Below the pieces are notes generated by a model. It was not told the DNA's origin and made no database searches. It was given only the letters and a program-made list of their open reading frames with translations. This document shows, in pieces, positions 1-9,956 of a DNA stretch of 64,000 nucleotides (positions are counted from its first letter, which is position 1; each line of letters opens with the position of its first letter). The position numbers and the translations under genes are program-made. The stretch spans positions 32,001-96,000 of the forward strand of contig JAXGPA010000006.1 of the NCBI GenBank assembly GCA_040767195.1, written 5' to 3'. This DNA is from Syntrophales bacterium (GTDB lineage Bacteria > Desulfobacterota > Syntrophia > Syntrophales > UBA6807).

Positions 1-1117
1 CCTCGGGAATGGGCATGCGCTTGCCTTCGACATACGTGCCGTCCTGCCATATGATCTCGTGAATGGCATGGATGAACGGATCGTCGAAACCCTTGGCCTG
101 ACCGATGAGAACGGGGCGGCCCAGGGGGCGGACCACCCGGAGAAACCACCTGAGATCGGAGGCGATGGTCTGGAAGCGCCCGTCCCGGTACTCGACGACG
201 AACGAGTTGAGCGTGGTCCAGTTGATACTCGTGACAATGATCTCGGGAATGCCGTTTTCATTGATGTCCGCCACATCCACGGCCAGATAGTCGTCGTATT
301 CCTTCCCCTCGATCCGTTCGAGAGAGACGAGGGCATCGCCCTTTCTCTGAAAGATGTGAACGGCGGAAGGGGAAATGACGACGACCTCGTTCAGGCCGTC
401 CCCGTTCACGTCACCGATGTCCAATCCCTTGAACTCGTATGAGTATCTCGGGGTCATCCAGAAACCCTTCCGGTCGATCGGTTCGGGGGCGTTGATGAAG
501 TCGGGGTTGATGACGGCCGTGAATGTCCCCTCGGGGGTCTTCAAGGCTTCGACGGAACCGGGAGCGGCCGTCGCCGGGGACGGTAGTGAAACCTGGGGGG
601 ACGAAGGCGGGGCCGCCGGCGCGGGCAGAACGGACTGGGGAACTTTGCCCAGGGCGTACATCTGGATCTTTTTCGCGAAATCGTTGACCCTGGGAATGAC
701 ATCATCCAGGCTCGGGCACTGCTCGAAGACACCGATGGGGGAAGCGTTCCCGGCGATGTCCATGAGCTTGCCGTCCAGGCTCAGGCTGCTTCCGAACTTG
801 GTGATGCTCCCCCAGACCACATAATCGGCGTTGAGGGCTTTACCCACCTGGTAAACGTCGTCGGCCTGGTAGTCCTTTCCCTTGAGTTTCGACAGGGCTT
901 CCAGAACGGCCTGCCGGCTCACCAGGTTGACCTCCCCTCCCGAGGAAAGCCGTGAGTAGAGCATGTCCCAGATGCCGTTTTTAACGTAATCGATGTTCTC
1001 CGCACTGTGAACGGTAAACGGGAGGACGGCGATGGTTTTTTTATCCTCCGCCGCGACGGTGAAAGGCACGATGAGAACCAGCAGAAGGCCGATTCTCTTT
1101 AACCAGCGCAATTTCAT
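1..1117 (-). CDS. Secreted FG-GAP/VCBS-repeat protein with N-terminal TolB/CsgG-like domain (runs off the window edge)
   Basis: Not in the ORF track; translated by hand from ATG at 1117: MKLRWLKRIGLLLVLIVPFTVAAEDKKTIAVLPF (signal peptide, then IAVLPF...ADYVVWGSI), Pro/Ala linker, then GDVNGDGLNEVVV and ADINENGIPEIIV repeats. Confidence 0.75.
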   Translation of the reverse strand, partial: MKLRWLKRIGLLLVLIVPFTVAAEDKKTIAVLPFTVHSAENIDYVKNGIWDMLYSRLSSGGEVNLVSRQAVLEALSKLKGKDYQADDVYQVGKALNADYVVWGSITKFGSSLSLDGKLMDIAGNASPIGVFEQCPSLDDVIPRVNDFAKKIQMYALGKVPQSVLPAPAAPPSSPQVSLPSPATAAPGSVEALKTPEGTFTAVINPDFINAPEPIDRKGFWMTPRYSYEFKGLDIGDVNGDGLNEVVVISPSAVHIFQRKGDALVSLERIEGKEYDDYLAVDVADINENGIPEIIVTSINWTTLNSFVVEYRDGRFQTIASDLRWFLRVVRPLGRPVLIGQAKGFDDPFIHAIHEIIWQDGTYVEGKRMPIPE

Positions 1118-1121
1118 GGTG

Positions 1122-1454
1122 TCAACTCCTGTTGCCGGCCCCGGGGACCGGCGATGGCTTTTTATGCTCCTTGTCGGGTGTCCTGCTTCCATCGCGGGCC
1201 AGGCCTTCCAGGCTGCGGGGAAACCACCGTGGATGGTCGCTCTTCCACTGACGGAGGTGTCTCCGCAGGGCTTCGCTGTCGCCGGCGAGAAGTCCCATGC
1301 CCAGGGCGATGAAAAGAAGTCCCTGAAGGAAGGGGAGAAACAGCCCGAACACGCCGAGAACGATGAAGAACCACCCGGCGATTTTCCTTCCCCTCTTTTT
1401 TCGCAGGGACCGGTCCCTGTCGGCTTCTTTTGTTGTCTGTTCCGTACGCATCAT
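1122..1454 (-). CDS. Small membrane protein, PGPGW/DUF454-like
   Basis: GWFFIVLGVFGLFLPFLQGLLFIALGMGLL hydrophobic hairpin; start trimmed to the ATGATG at 1454. Confidence 0.6.
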   Translation of the reverse strand: MMRTEQTTKEADRDRSLRKKRGRKIAGWFFIVLGVFGLFLPFLQGLLFIALGMGLLAGDSEALRRHLRQWKSDHPRWFPRSLEGLARDGSRTPDKEHKKPSPVPGAGNRS

Positions 1455-1656
1455 CGCCTGAAACTTGTCATCCCCCAAGGGGTTCCTCGCAAGGGGCCAA
1501 GGGGTTTCCTCCGGGGGTCCTCCCCAGCGGCATGCGGGGCCCGGGTTAACCGCCGGATCCCCGGCCGCGGGGCCCACCCGCCGGTATCCCGCTTCAGCAG
1601 CGGGTAAATAGTGGCAACACCCTGGGCGTTCCGTTGCAGCCGTCTTTGTTGCGGGG

Positions 1657-1685
1657 AATTTACGCGTCATGAGGCGATGTGTCAA
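1657..1685 (-). promoter_or_regulatory. Putative sigma-70 promoter
   Basis: TTGACA-17 bp-TAAATT on the minus strand. Confidence 0.55.
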
Positions 1686-1778
1686 GGAAAAGTGTCTCCT
1701 TGTCCCCTCCTGCCGCCGGAAACCGCGCTTTTCTCTGCCCGGCGGAATCGCTGGGAAAGGGCCCTGAAAAAGCCCCGT

Positions 1779-3293
1779 TCAGAGAACGGGCACGGCATAC
1801 TGGATGATGTTTCCCATGAGGGCCTGGTTGTAAAAGCCGAGGATGACAATGGCCGCGGCCGCGATGATGAGAGGCAGAAGCATGCTCAAGGGGGCCTCCC
1901 GGATGACCGCGGCCTCTCCGGCCTCCTCGCCGTGATGGCCATGGCCGCCGTGGAACCCGTACCCGATCTCGAAGATCCGGAAGAAGAGAATGATGTTGAT
2001 CAGGCTCGAGGACAGGAGTGCGACGACAAAAAGCCAGCTTCCCGCCTCCAGGGCCCCCTGGATGAGATACCACTTGCTGAAGAACCCGCCCGTCGGCGGC
2101 ACCCCGATGATGGACAGGGCAATGACGACGAAAGCGGCCATGGTGAAGGGCATCCTCTTGAAGAGGTCCTTGAAGTCGGAAAGATTGTGTTCACGCATCT
2201 TGTAGGCGATGATCCCGGCGACGGCAAAGAGGCCCGCCGTCATGACCACGTCGTTGGCGATGTGGAGGACCGTTCCCCTGAGGGCCACCGTGTTCGCCAG
2301 CCCGACCCCGCCGACCATGTACCCCACCTCGGCCACGACGATGTAGCAGAGCATCCGCTTGAAGTCCTTCTGGGCGAGGGCCATGAGGGCGCCGGCGAAG
2401 ATGGCGATGACCCCGGCAACGAGCATGATCTGGGTGACGGGAAGAAATTCAATGGAAAAGGAGGGCTGAAAGACGGTGAACATGATCCGGATCATGACGT
2501 AGATGGAAACCTTGGTCATGAGGGGCGCCACCAGGGCGCTCACCGCCGACGGGGCCTTGGTGTAGGCGTCAGGGAGCCACAGGTGAAGGGGAAAGAGGGC
2601 CATCTTGACGGCGATGCCCACCATGAAAAAGGCGAAGGCTGTGAGCACCACCTTGGAGCCATAAAGAGGAGGGAGAAGCCGGGCCAGGTCTGCCATGTTG
2701 AGGGACCCCGTGACGATGTAGAGATACCCGACGGAGAGGAGATAGAAACAGGCCCCCACGGTGCCCATGATGACGTAGCGGAAGCTGGCGAAGGCGGCCC
2801 CGTCTTCGCCGGCGGCGATGAGGGCATAGCCGGCGATGGAGGCGATTTCCAGGAAGACGTAAAGGTTGAAGGCGTCGCCTGTCACCACGATCCCCAGGAA
2901 CCCCGTCACCTGGAGAAGGAAGAGGCACCGGAAATAGACTTCCTTCCCCGGCAGTTCCTGTTCCACGCTTCTATTGCCGTAGACGGCCACGAGAAGGGAT
3001 GTTCCCGACACGAGGACGAGCATGAGGCCGTTCAGGTGGTCGATGACGTACTCGATGCCCCAGGGCGGGGCCCAGTTCCCCATCCGGTAGCGGATGACCC
3101 CGTTTAACATGACGTCCCGCAGCGCCTCTACCGAAAACAGCGTGGAGAGGATAAGGGCCAGGACCATCCATGGAAAGGTCCAGTCCCTGCGAACGAGTCC
3201 GATCACCGGCGTGAGGAGGGCGAACATGAGGGGAACGACGACGATGAGAACCGGCGATGAATGAACCAGGAAGGGAAACTGTTCGAGAATCAT
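1779..3293 (-). CDS. mrpD: Mrp Na+/H+ antiporter subunit D (proton-conducting transporter)
   Basis: Polytopic; FNLYVFLEI, AVKMALFPLHLWLPDAY, LMTKV and GFFSKWYL with the conserved Glu/Lys residues. Confidence 0.85.
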   Translation of the reverse strand: MILEQFPFLVHSSPVLIVVVPLMFALLTPVIGLVRRDWTFPWMVLALILSTLFSVEALRDVMLNGVIRYRMGNWAPPWGIEYVIDHLNGLMLVLVSGTSLLVAVYGNRSVEQELPGKEVYFRCLFLLQVTGFLGIVVTGDAFNLYVFLEIASIAGYALIAAGEDGAAFASFRYVIMGTVGACFYLLSVGYLYIVTGSLNMADLARLLPPLYGSKVVLTAFAFFMVGIAVKMALFPLHLWLPDAYTKAPSAVSALVAPLMTKVSIYVMIRIMFTVFQPSFSIEFLPVTQIMLVAGVIAIFAGALMALAQKDFKRMLCYIVVAEVGYMVGGVGLANTVALRGTVLHIANDVVMTAGLFAVAGIIAYKMREHNLSDFKDLFKRMPFTMAAFVVIALSIIGVPPTGGFFSKWYLIQGALEAGSWLFVVALLSSSLINIILFFRIFEIGYGFHGGHGHHGEEAGEAAVIREAPLSMLLPLIIAAAAIVILGFYNQALMGNIIQYAVPVL

Positions 3294-3670
3294 TTCATAA
3301 CCTTCAGGATTTCGTCTTCATTCAGGGTCTTGTAGCGGCGGTAAATGTGAATCAGGATGGCCAGGGCCACCCCGAGGGTGGCCACCATGACGACGATGGC
3401 CGTGAGCATGAGAACGTGGGGAAGGGGGTTGATCACCCGGGCCACCTCCACGGCCTCGTGGCCATGCGCCTGGGCGTCCGTGAGAATGGGAAGGGTCGCC
3501 CCTCCCAGCTTGTAGGCGGTGGACACGTAAAAAAGAATGATGGCCGTCTGGAATATGTTCATGCCGATGACCTTCTTGACCAGGTTCGTCTTGGCGATCA
3601 TGGCGTAAAAGCCGATCATCATGAGGATAATGTATATCCAGTAGTTGTACTTGGCGATGACAAATTCCAT
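3290..3670 (-). CDS. mrpC: Mrp antiporter subunit C
   Basis: NLVKKVIGMNIFQ and INPLPHVLMLTAIVV motifs; three TM segments. Confidence 0.88.
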   Translation of the reverse strand: MEFVIAKYNYWIYIILMMIGFYAMIAKTNLVKKVIGMNIFQTAIILFYVSTAYKLGGATLPILTDAQAHGHEAVEVARVINPLPHVLMLTAIVVMVATLGVALAILIHIYRRYKTLNEDEILKVMK

Positions 3671-3740
3671 CCAGGTCCCTCCGTTTTCCGCGGACGATCC
3701 GCCCGGGCCGGCTGCCCCTGCGGGGCTTTTGATGGAGCCG

Positions 3741-4013
3741 TTATTTTTTGCGCCTCCGAAGGAGGAAGATGCAGGATATCCCGGCCGTGAAAATCACCGT
3801 CGTTTCCCCCATGGTGTCGTATCCCCGGTAATCGGCCAGGACCGATGTCACCATGTTGGGGGTTGCCGTTTCTTCCTCCGTTTTCTCGATATACCGGGGA
3901 GACACGTGCCGGCTCGCCGGTGAGTCGGGGTCACCGTAAGCGGGCATGTCGATGGTCCCGTAAACCAGGACGGCCCCGGTGAGAAGCGTGATGAGAAAGC
4001 TCAAAAACTTCAA
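3741..4013 (-). CDS. MrpA C-terminal/MbhE-like subunit
   Basis: TPNMVTSVLADYRGYDTMGETTV motif; TTG start overlaps the upstream stop (TTGA). Confidence 0.8.
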   Translation of the reverse strand: MKFLSFLITLLTGAVLVYGTIDMPAYGDPDSPASRHVSPRYIEKTEEETATPNMVTSVLADYRGYDTMGETTVIFTAGISCIFLLRRRKK

Positions 4014-4255
4014 TCCTTGGTCCTCCTCGTTGTCTTCATCACGGCGGCGACGAACAGGATCGTTCCGATGCCGGCGCTCACCGACGCCTCCGTGAAGGCC
4101 ACGTCCACCGCCCCCATCTGGGCCCACATGATGCACATGAAAAAGCTGTACGCCCCCAGGATCATCGCGGCGCTCAAAAGATCCCTGACGACGATGGACG
4201 CGACGGCACAGATGACGACGAAAATCTGAAGCACGATGTCTATGGGGAGAGTCAT
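4010..4255 (-). CDS. DUF4040 / MbhD-like Mrp subunit
   Basis: RDLLSAAMILG...GAVDVAFTEASVSAG motif. Confidence 0.8.
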   Translation of the reverse strand: MTLPIDIVLQIFVVICAVASIVVRDLLSAAMILGAYSFFMCIMWAQMGAVDVAFTEASVSAGIGTILFVAAVMKTTRRTKD

Positions 4256-4575
4256 GGTTTTTCTTCCTTCCCTTCCTTCCGCCAGATTTCAAGGCCGCAC
4301 CGGACACCGGCCCGGGAGATGGCGTGAGTCGCCGTGGGCTGGGCGAGGAACATGAAGACGGCGATCATGAGAATCTTGACGCTCGTCACGTTCATGCCCT
4401 CGTGGATCGCCAGGCCGACGAGAGACAGGGTGACCGCCAGGGTGTCGCCCTTTCCCGTGGCGTGAAGCCGGGTAAAGAAGTCGGGGAACCGGAGAAGCCC
4501 GATCGTAGCCGTGGCAAAGAAAAAAACACCGCCGAGAAGAAAAAAGCCGGAGAGAAGATTCTGTATCGTTTCCAT
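4252..4575 (-). CDS. mrpG: Mrp antiporter subunit G
   Basis: GLLRFPDFFTRLHATGK and PTATHAI motifs; start trimmed to ATG 4575. Confidence 0.88.
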   Translation of the reverse strand: METIQNLLSGFFLLGGVFFFATATIGLLRFPDFFTRLHATGKGDTLAVTLSLVGLAIHEGMNVTSVKILMIAVFMFLAQPTATHAISRAGVRCGLEIWRKEGKEEKP

Positions 4576-4577
4576 GG

Positions 4578-4838
4578 TTATCTTTCCATTTCCAGGTACT
4601 TCGCCACGGCGACGCATCCGATGAAATTGAGGAGGGCGTAAACGATGCTGATGTCGACGAACATGTCCACCCGCTGGTAGAGAAAGCCGACAATGAGGAG
4701 AATGATGAGGGTCTTCGTCCCCACGGCGGAAATGGCGGCCACCCGGTTGAAGACGCCGGGGCCGTAAACGACCCGGTAAAGGACCAGGAGAACGAGAAAA
4801 CAAATCCCGAGGGCTACGGCAAGAAAAAACGTGTCCAT
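4578..4838 (-). CDS. mrpF: Mrp antiporter subunit F
   Basis: YRVVYGPGVFNRV...VDISIVYALLNFIG. Confidence 0.85.
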   Translation of the reverse strand: MDTFFLAVALGICFLVLLVLYRVVYGPGVFNRVAAISAVGTKTLIILLIVGFLYQRVDMFVDISIVYALLNFIGCVAVAKYLEMER

Positions 4839-4839
4839 T

Positions 4840-5325
4840 TCAAGCCTCTTTTACGGGGGGTTCCCCGACGTCTTCCTCTTCGCCGGGAAGGACGCCGCCC
4901 GTGGAGATATCGAGAAAAATGGAAACCATGACGGCCATGACGGCGAATCCGACACCGATTTCGACTCCCAGTATGCCCAGGGACCGGGCGTGGGCCGGAT
5001 CGACATGAAGAATTCCCGCCAGCATGCTGTAATCCAGGAAATTTCCCAGCAGAACGAGGCACAGGAAACCGATTCCCGCATAAATGAGAACGCCCATGCT
5101 GCTGAAGACGATCATGGTCTTTTCCGAAACCCGGGACCTGGCGTCGTGGTAACCGTGGGTAAGGAGAAGAAGGACGAAGCTCGCGCCGAAGATGACGCCC
5201 CCCTGGAATCCCCCGCCCGGGCTGTAGTGACCGTGCATGATCACGTAAAGGGCATAGATCTGTATGAAAGGGATGAGCATCCGGGAGATGGTCCGGATGA
5301 TGACGTCTTCACCCCGGTGTATCAT
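4840..5325 (-). CDS. mrpB: Mrp antiporter subunit B (MnhB domain)
   Basis: HGHYSPGGGFQGG motif. Confidence 0.88.
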   Translation of the reverse strand: MIHRGEDVIIRTISRMLIPFIQIYALYVIMHGHYSPGGGFQGGVIFGASFVLLLLTHGYHDARSRVSEKTMIVFSSMGVLIYAGIGFLCLVLLGNFLDYSMLAGILHVDPAHARSLGILGVEIGVGFAVMAVMVSIFLDISTGGVLPGEEEDVGEPPVKEA

Positions 5326-5336
5326 GGTCTGCCTCC

Positions 5337-6050
5337 CTATTTCAGCGCCGCGAAGATCCGGGCTACGTCGAGAACGTCCTGGATGTAGATGTGGTCCGCT
5401 TCCATGAAGATGTGGGCGACCTTGTCTTCCATGTCCCCGGCGTTCAGGTCGTCGGCCACTTTCCGGGACAGGGCGTGGACGACGAATTCACCGTTTTCGA
5501 TGGCGATGGTGATGGTTCCCGGCGTCAGGGTGATCGAGTTCGCCAGGGTCACCATGGATGTGTCGCTCTCCAGTTTCGTTTTGTAGCGAATCAGCTTGGG
5601 GTCGATGGGGAGCCTCGGGGACAGCACCAGGCGGGCTACGTGAAAATTGGACAGGACGACCTGGTAAAAGAGCCACGGAACATACAGGAAAAACCGCCCG
5701 GCGATGACCCGCATGTCACCGGCCCGGACGTTGTGAAACAGGAGATCGTGGCCGAAAGAGGCGACGATACCGCAGCAGATGACCCCCAGGGACAGGTGGA
5801 AAGTGTCGTATTTTCCTGAGAGAAGGGCCCAGAAGAAAAAAAGGATGACAAAGGTGACGACAAAATTCTGCAGTCCCGCCCGGGTTTCCTGGGCCCCGCG
5901 AAAGATGGCCCGGACCTTCTTTTCCTCCATCCAGCGGGTTTCCGAGGTCAGCTTGGCGGCCGTGTTCATGAGATCGACCGCCCGGACCCTGGCCCTTTCC
6001 AGGATGGCGAAAGATTCATCCGCCGCTTGCACGAGAAGGGTGACTTCCAC
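5337..6050 (-). CDS. mrpE: Mrp antiporter subunit E with about 60-aa N-terminal extension
   Basis: LANSITLTPGT and VHAL motifs; GTG start with AGGAGAGG RBS upstream. Confidence 0.82.
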   Translation of the reverse strand: MEVTLLVQAADESFAILERARVRAVDLMNTAAKLTSETRWMEEKKVRAIFRGAQETRAGLQNFVVTFVILFFFWALLSGKYDTFHLSLGVICCGIVASFGHDLLFHNVRAGDMRVIAGRFFLYVPWLFYQVVLSNFHVARLVLSPRLPIDPKLIRYKTKLESDTSMVTLANSITLTPGTITIAIENGEFVVHALSRKVADDLNAGDMEDKVAHIFMEADHIYIQDVLDVARIFAALK

Positions 6051-6253
6051 GCCTTAATCCTCTCCTGACAACGTTTTAATCGAGCCGCCGGCCCTGGTGC
6101 CCGCCACTCCCGGTCACTGCGGCGCGCCTTCCCCGCCTCGCTCCCCGATATTCGAGCGCCTTGACCCGCGATCTTTTACAAAACCGTCTCAAAAAATGGT
6201 CTTTCGAGACGCCTGGGGTTTTATCTCTCTCAAAAGCCTGAATATGGTGGGAA

Positions 6254-7021
6254 TCAGGGCACGATCAGGACGGGAACGGGAGACCGCTTCAGAACACCGA
6301 ACACCGGCTCCTCCTGAAGAAGCCGGGCGAGAAGCGGTTTCGCTGTGATCCCTCCCACGACGATCACCGACCCCCTGTAATCCCTCGATGATGTCACAAT
6401 TTCCTCTGCCGTGTCCCCCGCGTAATAATGGGCTTCCGCGTCGATGCCTTGATCGAGGCACCTTCTTCGCGTTCCCGTAAGTTTTTCCTTGATTTCCCGC
6501 ATGTCCCGGACGGTGAGCTTTTCGTTTATCACGTGGACCACTTCCATCGCGACGATGAAGTCACGCAACGGGAGCAGAAGACCCAGGGCCCTCTCCGCCG
6601 GTTCCGTCCAGTTCGTCCCGTAAATGACGTGCGAAAAAAGACCCTTCACGGTCTTATCCCCGCTCTTTTCGAGAATGATGAGAACGGGAACGGGAGAGTC
6701 CTGGACGAGATCTTTCAGGACCGGGCCGGGAAAGGCGTCCCTCTCTCGAAGGCTGTCCTCCTCCAGTATGACGACCATGGACGCCTCCGCCTCTTTCGCG
6801 GCCCCGAGGATGTGGACGGCGTCGTTTCCTTCCGACGGCATGACCCGCGCCGTCATGGAGACCTGCCCGAGAGTTTCCCGCCACGGGTCAGGCGGTTCCA
6901 CACCGTAAAAGACCACTTCCCCGAAGCCGGCGCCGCGGAGCTCGGAAATCTTTTCCAGGGTGGACGGCAGAAAAAGGCATTTTTCCCCCGTCGAAGCGCA
7001 AAGTAACCGTGTCATTTTCAC
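6254..7021 (-). CDS. Universal stress protein (tandem, degenerate N-terminal domain)
   Basis: SPVPVLI/SPVPVLIVP ends and AGDTAEEIV. Confidence 0.75.
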   Translation of the reverse strand: MKMTRLLCASTGEKCLFLPSTLEKISELRGAGFGEVVFYGVEPPDPWRETLGQVSMTARVMPSEGNDAVHILGAAKEAEASMVVILEEDSLRERDAFPGPVLKDLVQDSPVPVLIILEKSGDKTVKGLFSHVIYGTNWTEPAERALGLLLPLRDFIVAMEVVHVINEKLTVRDMREIKEKLTGTRRRCLDQGIDAEAHYYAGDTAEEIVTSSRDYRGSVIVVGGITAKPLLARLLQEEPVFGVLKRSPVPVLIVP

Positions 7022-7043
7022 TACTTCAGCCGCTCCATCACCC

Positions 7044-7934
7044 TCAATGGTTTTCAGCTTTCAATTGAGCCGGGATGAGCAAGGTGGGAAATGCCGAGTT
7101 TTCCGCGAGACTCCGGGCCACGTTGCCCAGGAAGATCTCTTTCAGTTTGCTTTGCCCCGTTGCCCCCACAACGACCATGGTCGCCTCTCTTTCCCTGGCG
7201 GCCTTTTCTATCTGCTCGGAGACGTTCCCGATATAGAGGTGCGGTTCCGCTTCGATCCCCTCTTTCTGGAAAATGTCGCACACCTGGTCCATTTTCTGCC
7301 TGTTTTCCTTGCGGATGGCCTGGATCTCCATGGCCGACGGGCTCTTGAAGGTCTTTTCGCTGGCCACGTGAACGACGACGACTTTCTTGATGATGTCTTT
7401 GTAGTTGAGAAGATACCGGACGATGTGGTCCGTCGGTTCGGACCAGTCCAGCGCCAGAAGGGGCTGCTCGAAGGGCTTCTCGTTGATCTTGCCCGATGGC
7501 AGCATGTACTTGTAAACCAGCACCGGGGTGGAGGTTCTTCTGAGAATTTCAACGGTCTCCGATCCCGCGTACAGTTCCTCGATCTTCCCTTTCTTGTGGC
7601 GGCCCGTGACGATAAGGTCGACGCTTTCCTCCTCTACCGTAGAAATGATCTTGGGCAGGACGTTTCCGACGATGATGTAGGCACCGACCTCCATGCCCTG
7701 TTCGAAAAGGCTTTCCGCCCAGTCTATGAAACGGACATTGGCGATCTCTCTCAGCTTGACTTCCTCGTCCTTGAGATAGCCCTTCCCCCGTTTCATGGCC
7801 ACCTTGTCCCTCTCGATGACGTGAAGAAAAACGACATGATTGAAACCGGCCTTCCGGAGATCCATGAGGGACTGAAGGGCGTCGAACCACAACTCTTCAA
7901 ACTGGGTAACGAAAAGCAGTTTTTTGGTCTTCAT
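7044..7934 (-). CDS. Universal stress protein (tandem USP domains)
   Basis: VDLIVTGRHKKG..ELYAGS and VVVGATGQS..EIFLGNVA..L......PTLLIP. Confidence 0.85.
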   Translation of the reverse strand: MKTKKLLFVTQFEELWFDALQSLMDLRKAGFNHVVFLHVIERDKVAMKRGKGYLKDEEVKLREIANVRFIDWAESLFEQGMEVGAYIIVGNVLPKIISTVEEESVDLIVTGRHKKGKIEELYAGSETVEILRRTSTPVLVYKYMLPSGKINEKPFEQPLLALDWSEPTDHIVRYLLNYKDIIKKVVVVHVASEKTFKSPSAMEIQAIRKENRQKMDQVCDIFQKEGIEAEPHLYIGNVSEQIEKAAREREATMVVVGATGQSKLKEIFLGNVARSLAENSAFPTLLIPAQLKAENH

Positions 7935-7989
7935 TTCAGGTCTAAAATCCTCTCTGTATCATCAAGGAGGGACGGTTTCGAGGCCCCCT

Positions 7990-8382
7990 CTATTTCACAA
8001 ACCGGGCAATTATATCCGCGAGTTCCTGGGGATCGACGGGTTTTTCGATGTAGGCCGACGGCTCGGGGACGGGTTCGTCTCCGAATTCTGTCAGGGCCTC
8101 CTGGGACCTGAGAAAGGTCCTCTTGGCGATCCCCGAAAGGATGATCACGGGAATGTCCCTGAGCTCGGGATCGTTCTTGAGTTCCCGGTACATCCGGATG
8201 CCGCTCTGCTTCGGCATCAGGACATCCAGAATGATGAGAGACGGCTTTTCCACTTTCGCCATGGCCAGGCCGGTCTCGCCGTTTTTCGCGATAAGAGGCG
8301 TGTATCCGTTCTCTTCCAGGACCGTTTTCACAAATACGGTGATATCGGGATCATCATCTACGGAAAGGATTTTTTTTGACAT
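7990..8382 (-). CDS. Single-domain response regulator
   Basis: ILSVDDD, LIILDVLMP, YIEKP; no output domain. Confidence 0.88.
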   Translation of the reverse strand: MSKKILSVDDDPDITVFVKTVLEENGYTPLIAKNGETGLAMAKVEKPSLIILDVLMPKQSGIRMYRELKNDPELRDIPVIILSGIAKRTFLRSQEALTEFGDEPVPEPSAYIEKPVDPQELADIIARFVK

Positions 8383-8399
8383 GGAAGCCCCCTGAGTGA

Positions 8400-9956
8400 T
8401 TAATGTTTTTTTCCGACGCGGGCCCTTCTCCGGATTTCGTCACCGGCCTCCTTCCGGTAGGGCAGGTAGATGGTAAAGGTGGAACCTTTCCCCGGTTCCG
8501 ACGACACTTCGATCCGTCCACCGTTTTCCTGGATGAGCTTGTGGGTGACGAGAAGGCCGAGTCCCGTCCCCTTCCCCCCCTTGGTGCTGAAAAACGCCGA
8601 GAAAAGCTTTTTTCTGACGTCGGCGGTCATGCCAGCCCCATTGTCCGTCACGTCAAAACGGATGGTGTTCTCCTCTTCCTGTTTTGTCCTGACGGAAACA
8701 CGCCATTCCTTGTTTTCGCTGAGGTCGAAAAGGCAGGCGTCTATGGCATTGGAAACGAGGTTGAGAAGACAGCGGTGAACGGCACTCGGATCCATGGTCA
8801 CCTGGCCGATGGCGGGATCGAGATCCCGGACCAGAGCGATCTGGTTCTGGGCCGCTTTCACTTCCATGAGTTCGCAGACATCCTCGACGATATCGTTTGG
8901 AAAGCAGTCGCGGTACTCCGGTTCTCTTTCCTTCGAGTAGGTCAGAAGGTCCATCACGAGATCCGACACGCGGCCGATGTTCCTCTGGACCATGGTCCAA
9001 CCCGCTTTTAGCTTATCCTTGTCATCTTTGTCAAGGCCAATATTGACAACGTACATGCCTCCCTGGAGGCCCGTCAGGATGTTCTTGATGTAGTGGGCGA
9101 GCCGGGCCACGGTCTGCCCGATGGCGGCCAGCCGCTCCGACTGGACGAGTTCTCTCTGGAGGCGGCGGATCTCCCGGAGGTCCTGGAAAAAACCCACGCT
9201 CCCGATGACATTGTCCCCCTCGTAGAGCAGGGCCCCGGAAAAGCGGACGGGGACGGGCTGCCCGCCCTTGGCCAGGATGGTCACCTCTTTCCATCCCCAG
9301 CCCCTCTTATCACGTTTTCTTCGGAATCCGCTCTGGAACTCCCGGGCCACTTCCTCGGGATAGAGGTCGATAAAGGTCTTCCTGTCCACGAGCTCTCTCC
9401 GGGAATAGCCGAAAATGCTCTCCGCGCCCGGATTGAAAAGGATGATGGTCCCATGCTCGTCGGTGGCCACGATCCCGTCGTTGGAGCTGGTGATGAGCTT
9501 GTCCTGGAACTCCGACTTTCGCCGCACCTCTTCCGTGGCGATCTGGCACATCTGCTCCAGGTCGGTGGTGTAGGCCTGGAGCTGCCGCTTCATCTCCAGC
9601 TTTTCCTGCGCCCGGTCCAGGGCGATCCGGAGGGCTTCGTCGCGAACGGGCTTGTTGATGAAATCGGAGGCGCCGTACCGAAGGGCCTCGATGGCCGAGT
9701 CCATGTCCCCGTGGCCGGTGATGACGATGACTTCCGCGTCGGGATCGATTTCCTTCACCCTTCGGAGGACCTGGAAACCGTCCATGCCGGGCATCTTGAG
9801 ATCCGTGAGAACGACGGGAGGGTGTTCCTTCTCGAAAACGGCCAGGCCCTCCCGCCCGTTCAGGGCGGTGTGGACCTGGTACCCCTCGTGTCTCAGGGAC
9901 ATGGAAAGGACCTTGAGGATGCCCTCCTCGTCGTCTATGAGCAGTAACTTATTCAT
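8400..9956 (-). CDS. Hybrid sensor kinase (REC-PAS-HisKA-HATPase)
   Basis: IDDEE/TDLKMP receiver; PAS; LAHYIKNIL H-box; NLVSNAIDA, DNGAG, GTGLGL. Confidence 0.88.
   Translation of the reverse strand: MNKLLLIDDEEGILKVLSMSLRHEGYQVHTALNGREGLAVFEKEHPPVVLTDLKMPGMDGFQVLRRVKEIDPDAEVIVITGHGDMDSAIEALRYGASDFINKPVRDEALRIALDRAQEKLEMKRQLQAYTTDLEQMCQIATEEVRRKSEFQDKLITSSNDGIVATDEHGTIILFNPGAESIFGYSRRELVDRKTFIDLYPEEVAREFQSGFRRKRDKRGWGWKEVTILAKGGQPVPVRFSGALLYEGDNVIGSVGFFQDLREIRRLQRELVQSERLAAIGQTVARLAHYIKNILTGLQGGMYVVNIGLDKDDKDKLKAGWTMVQRNIGRVSDLVMDLLTYSKEREPEYRDCFPNDIVEDVCELMEVKAAQNQIALVRDLDPAIGQVTMDPSAVHRCLLNLVSNAIDACLFDLSENKEWRVSVRTKQEEENTIRFDVTDNGAGMTADVRKKLFSAFFSTKGGKGTGLGLLVTHKLIQENGGRIEVSSEPGKGSTFTIYLPYRKEAGDEIRRRARVGKKH

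Noticed and set aside
1779..6050. Membrane-bound hydrogenase (Mbh/Ech) or complex I
   Set aside because: Only Mrp-like membrane subunits are present; no NiFe, Fe-S or NuoH-like subunits in the window.
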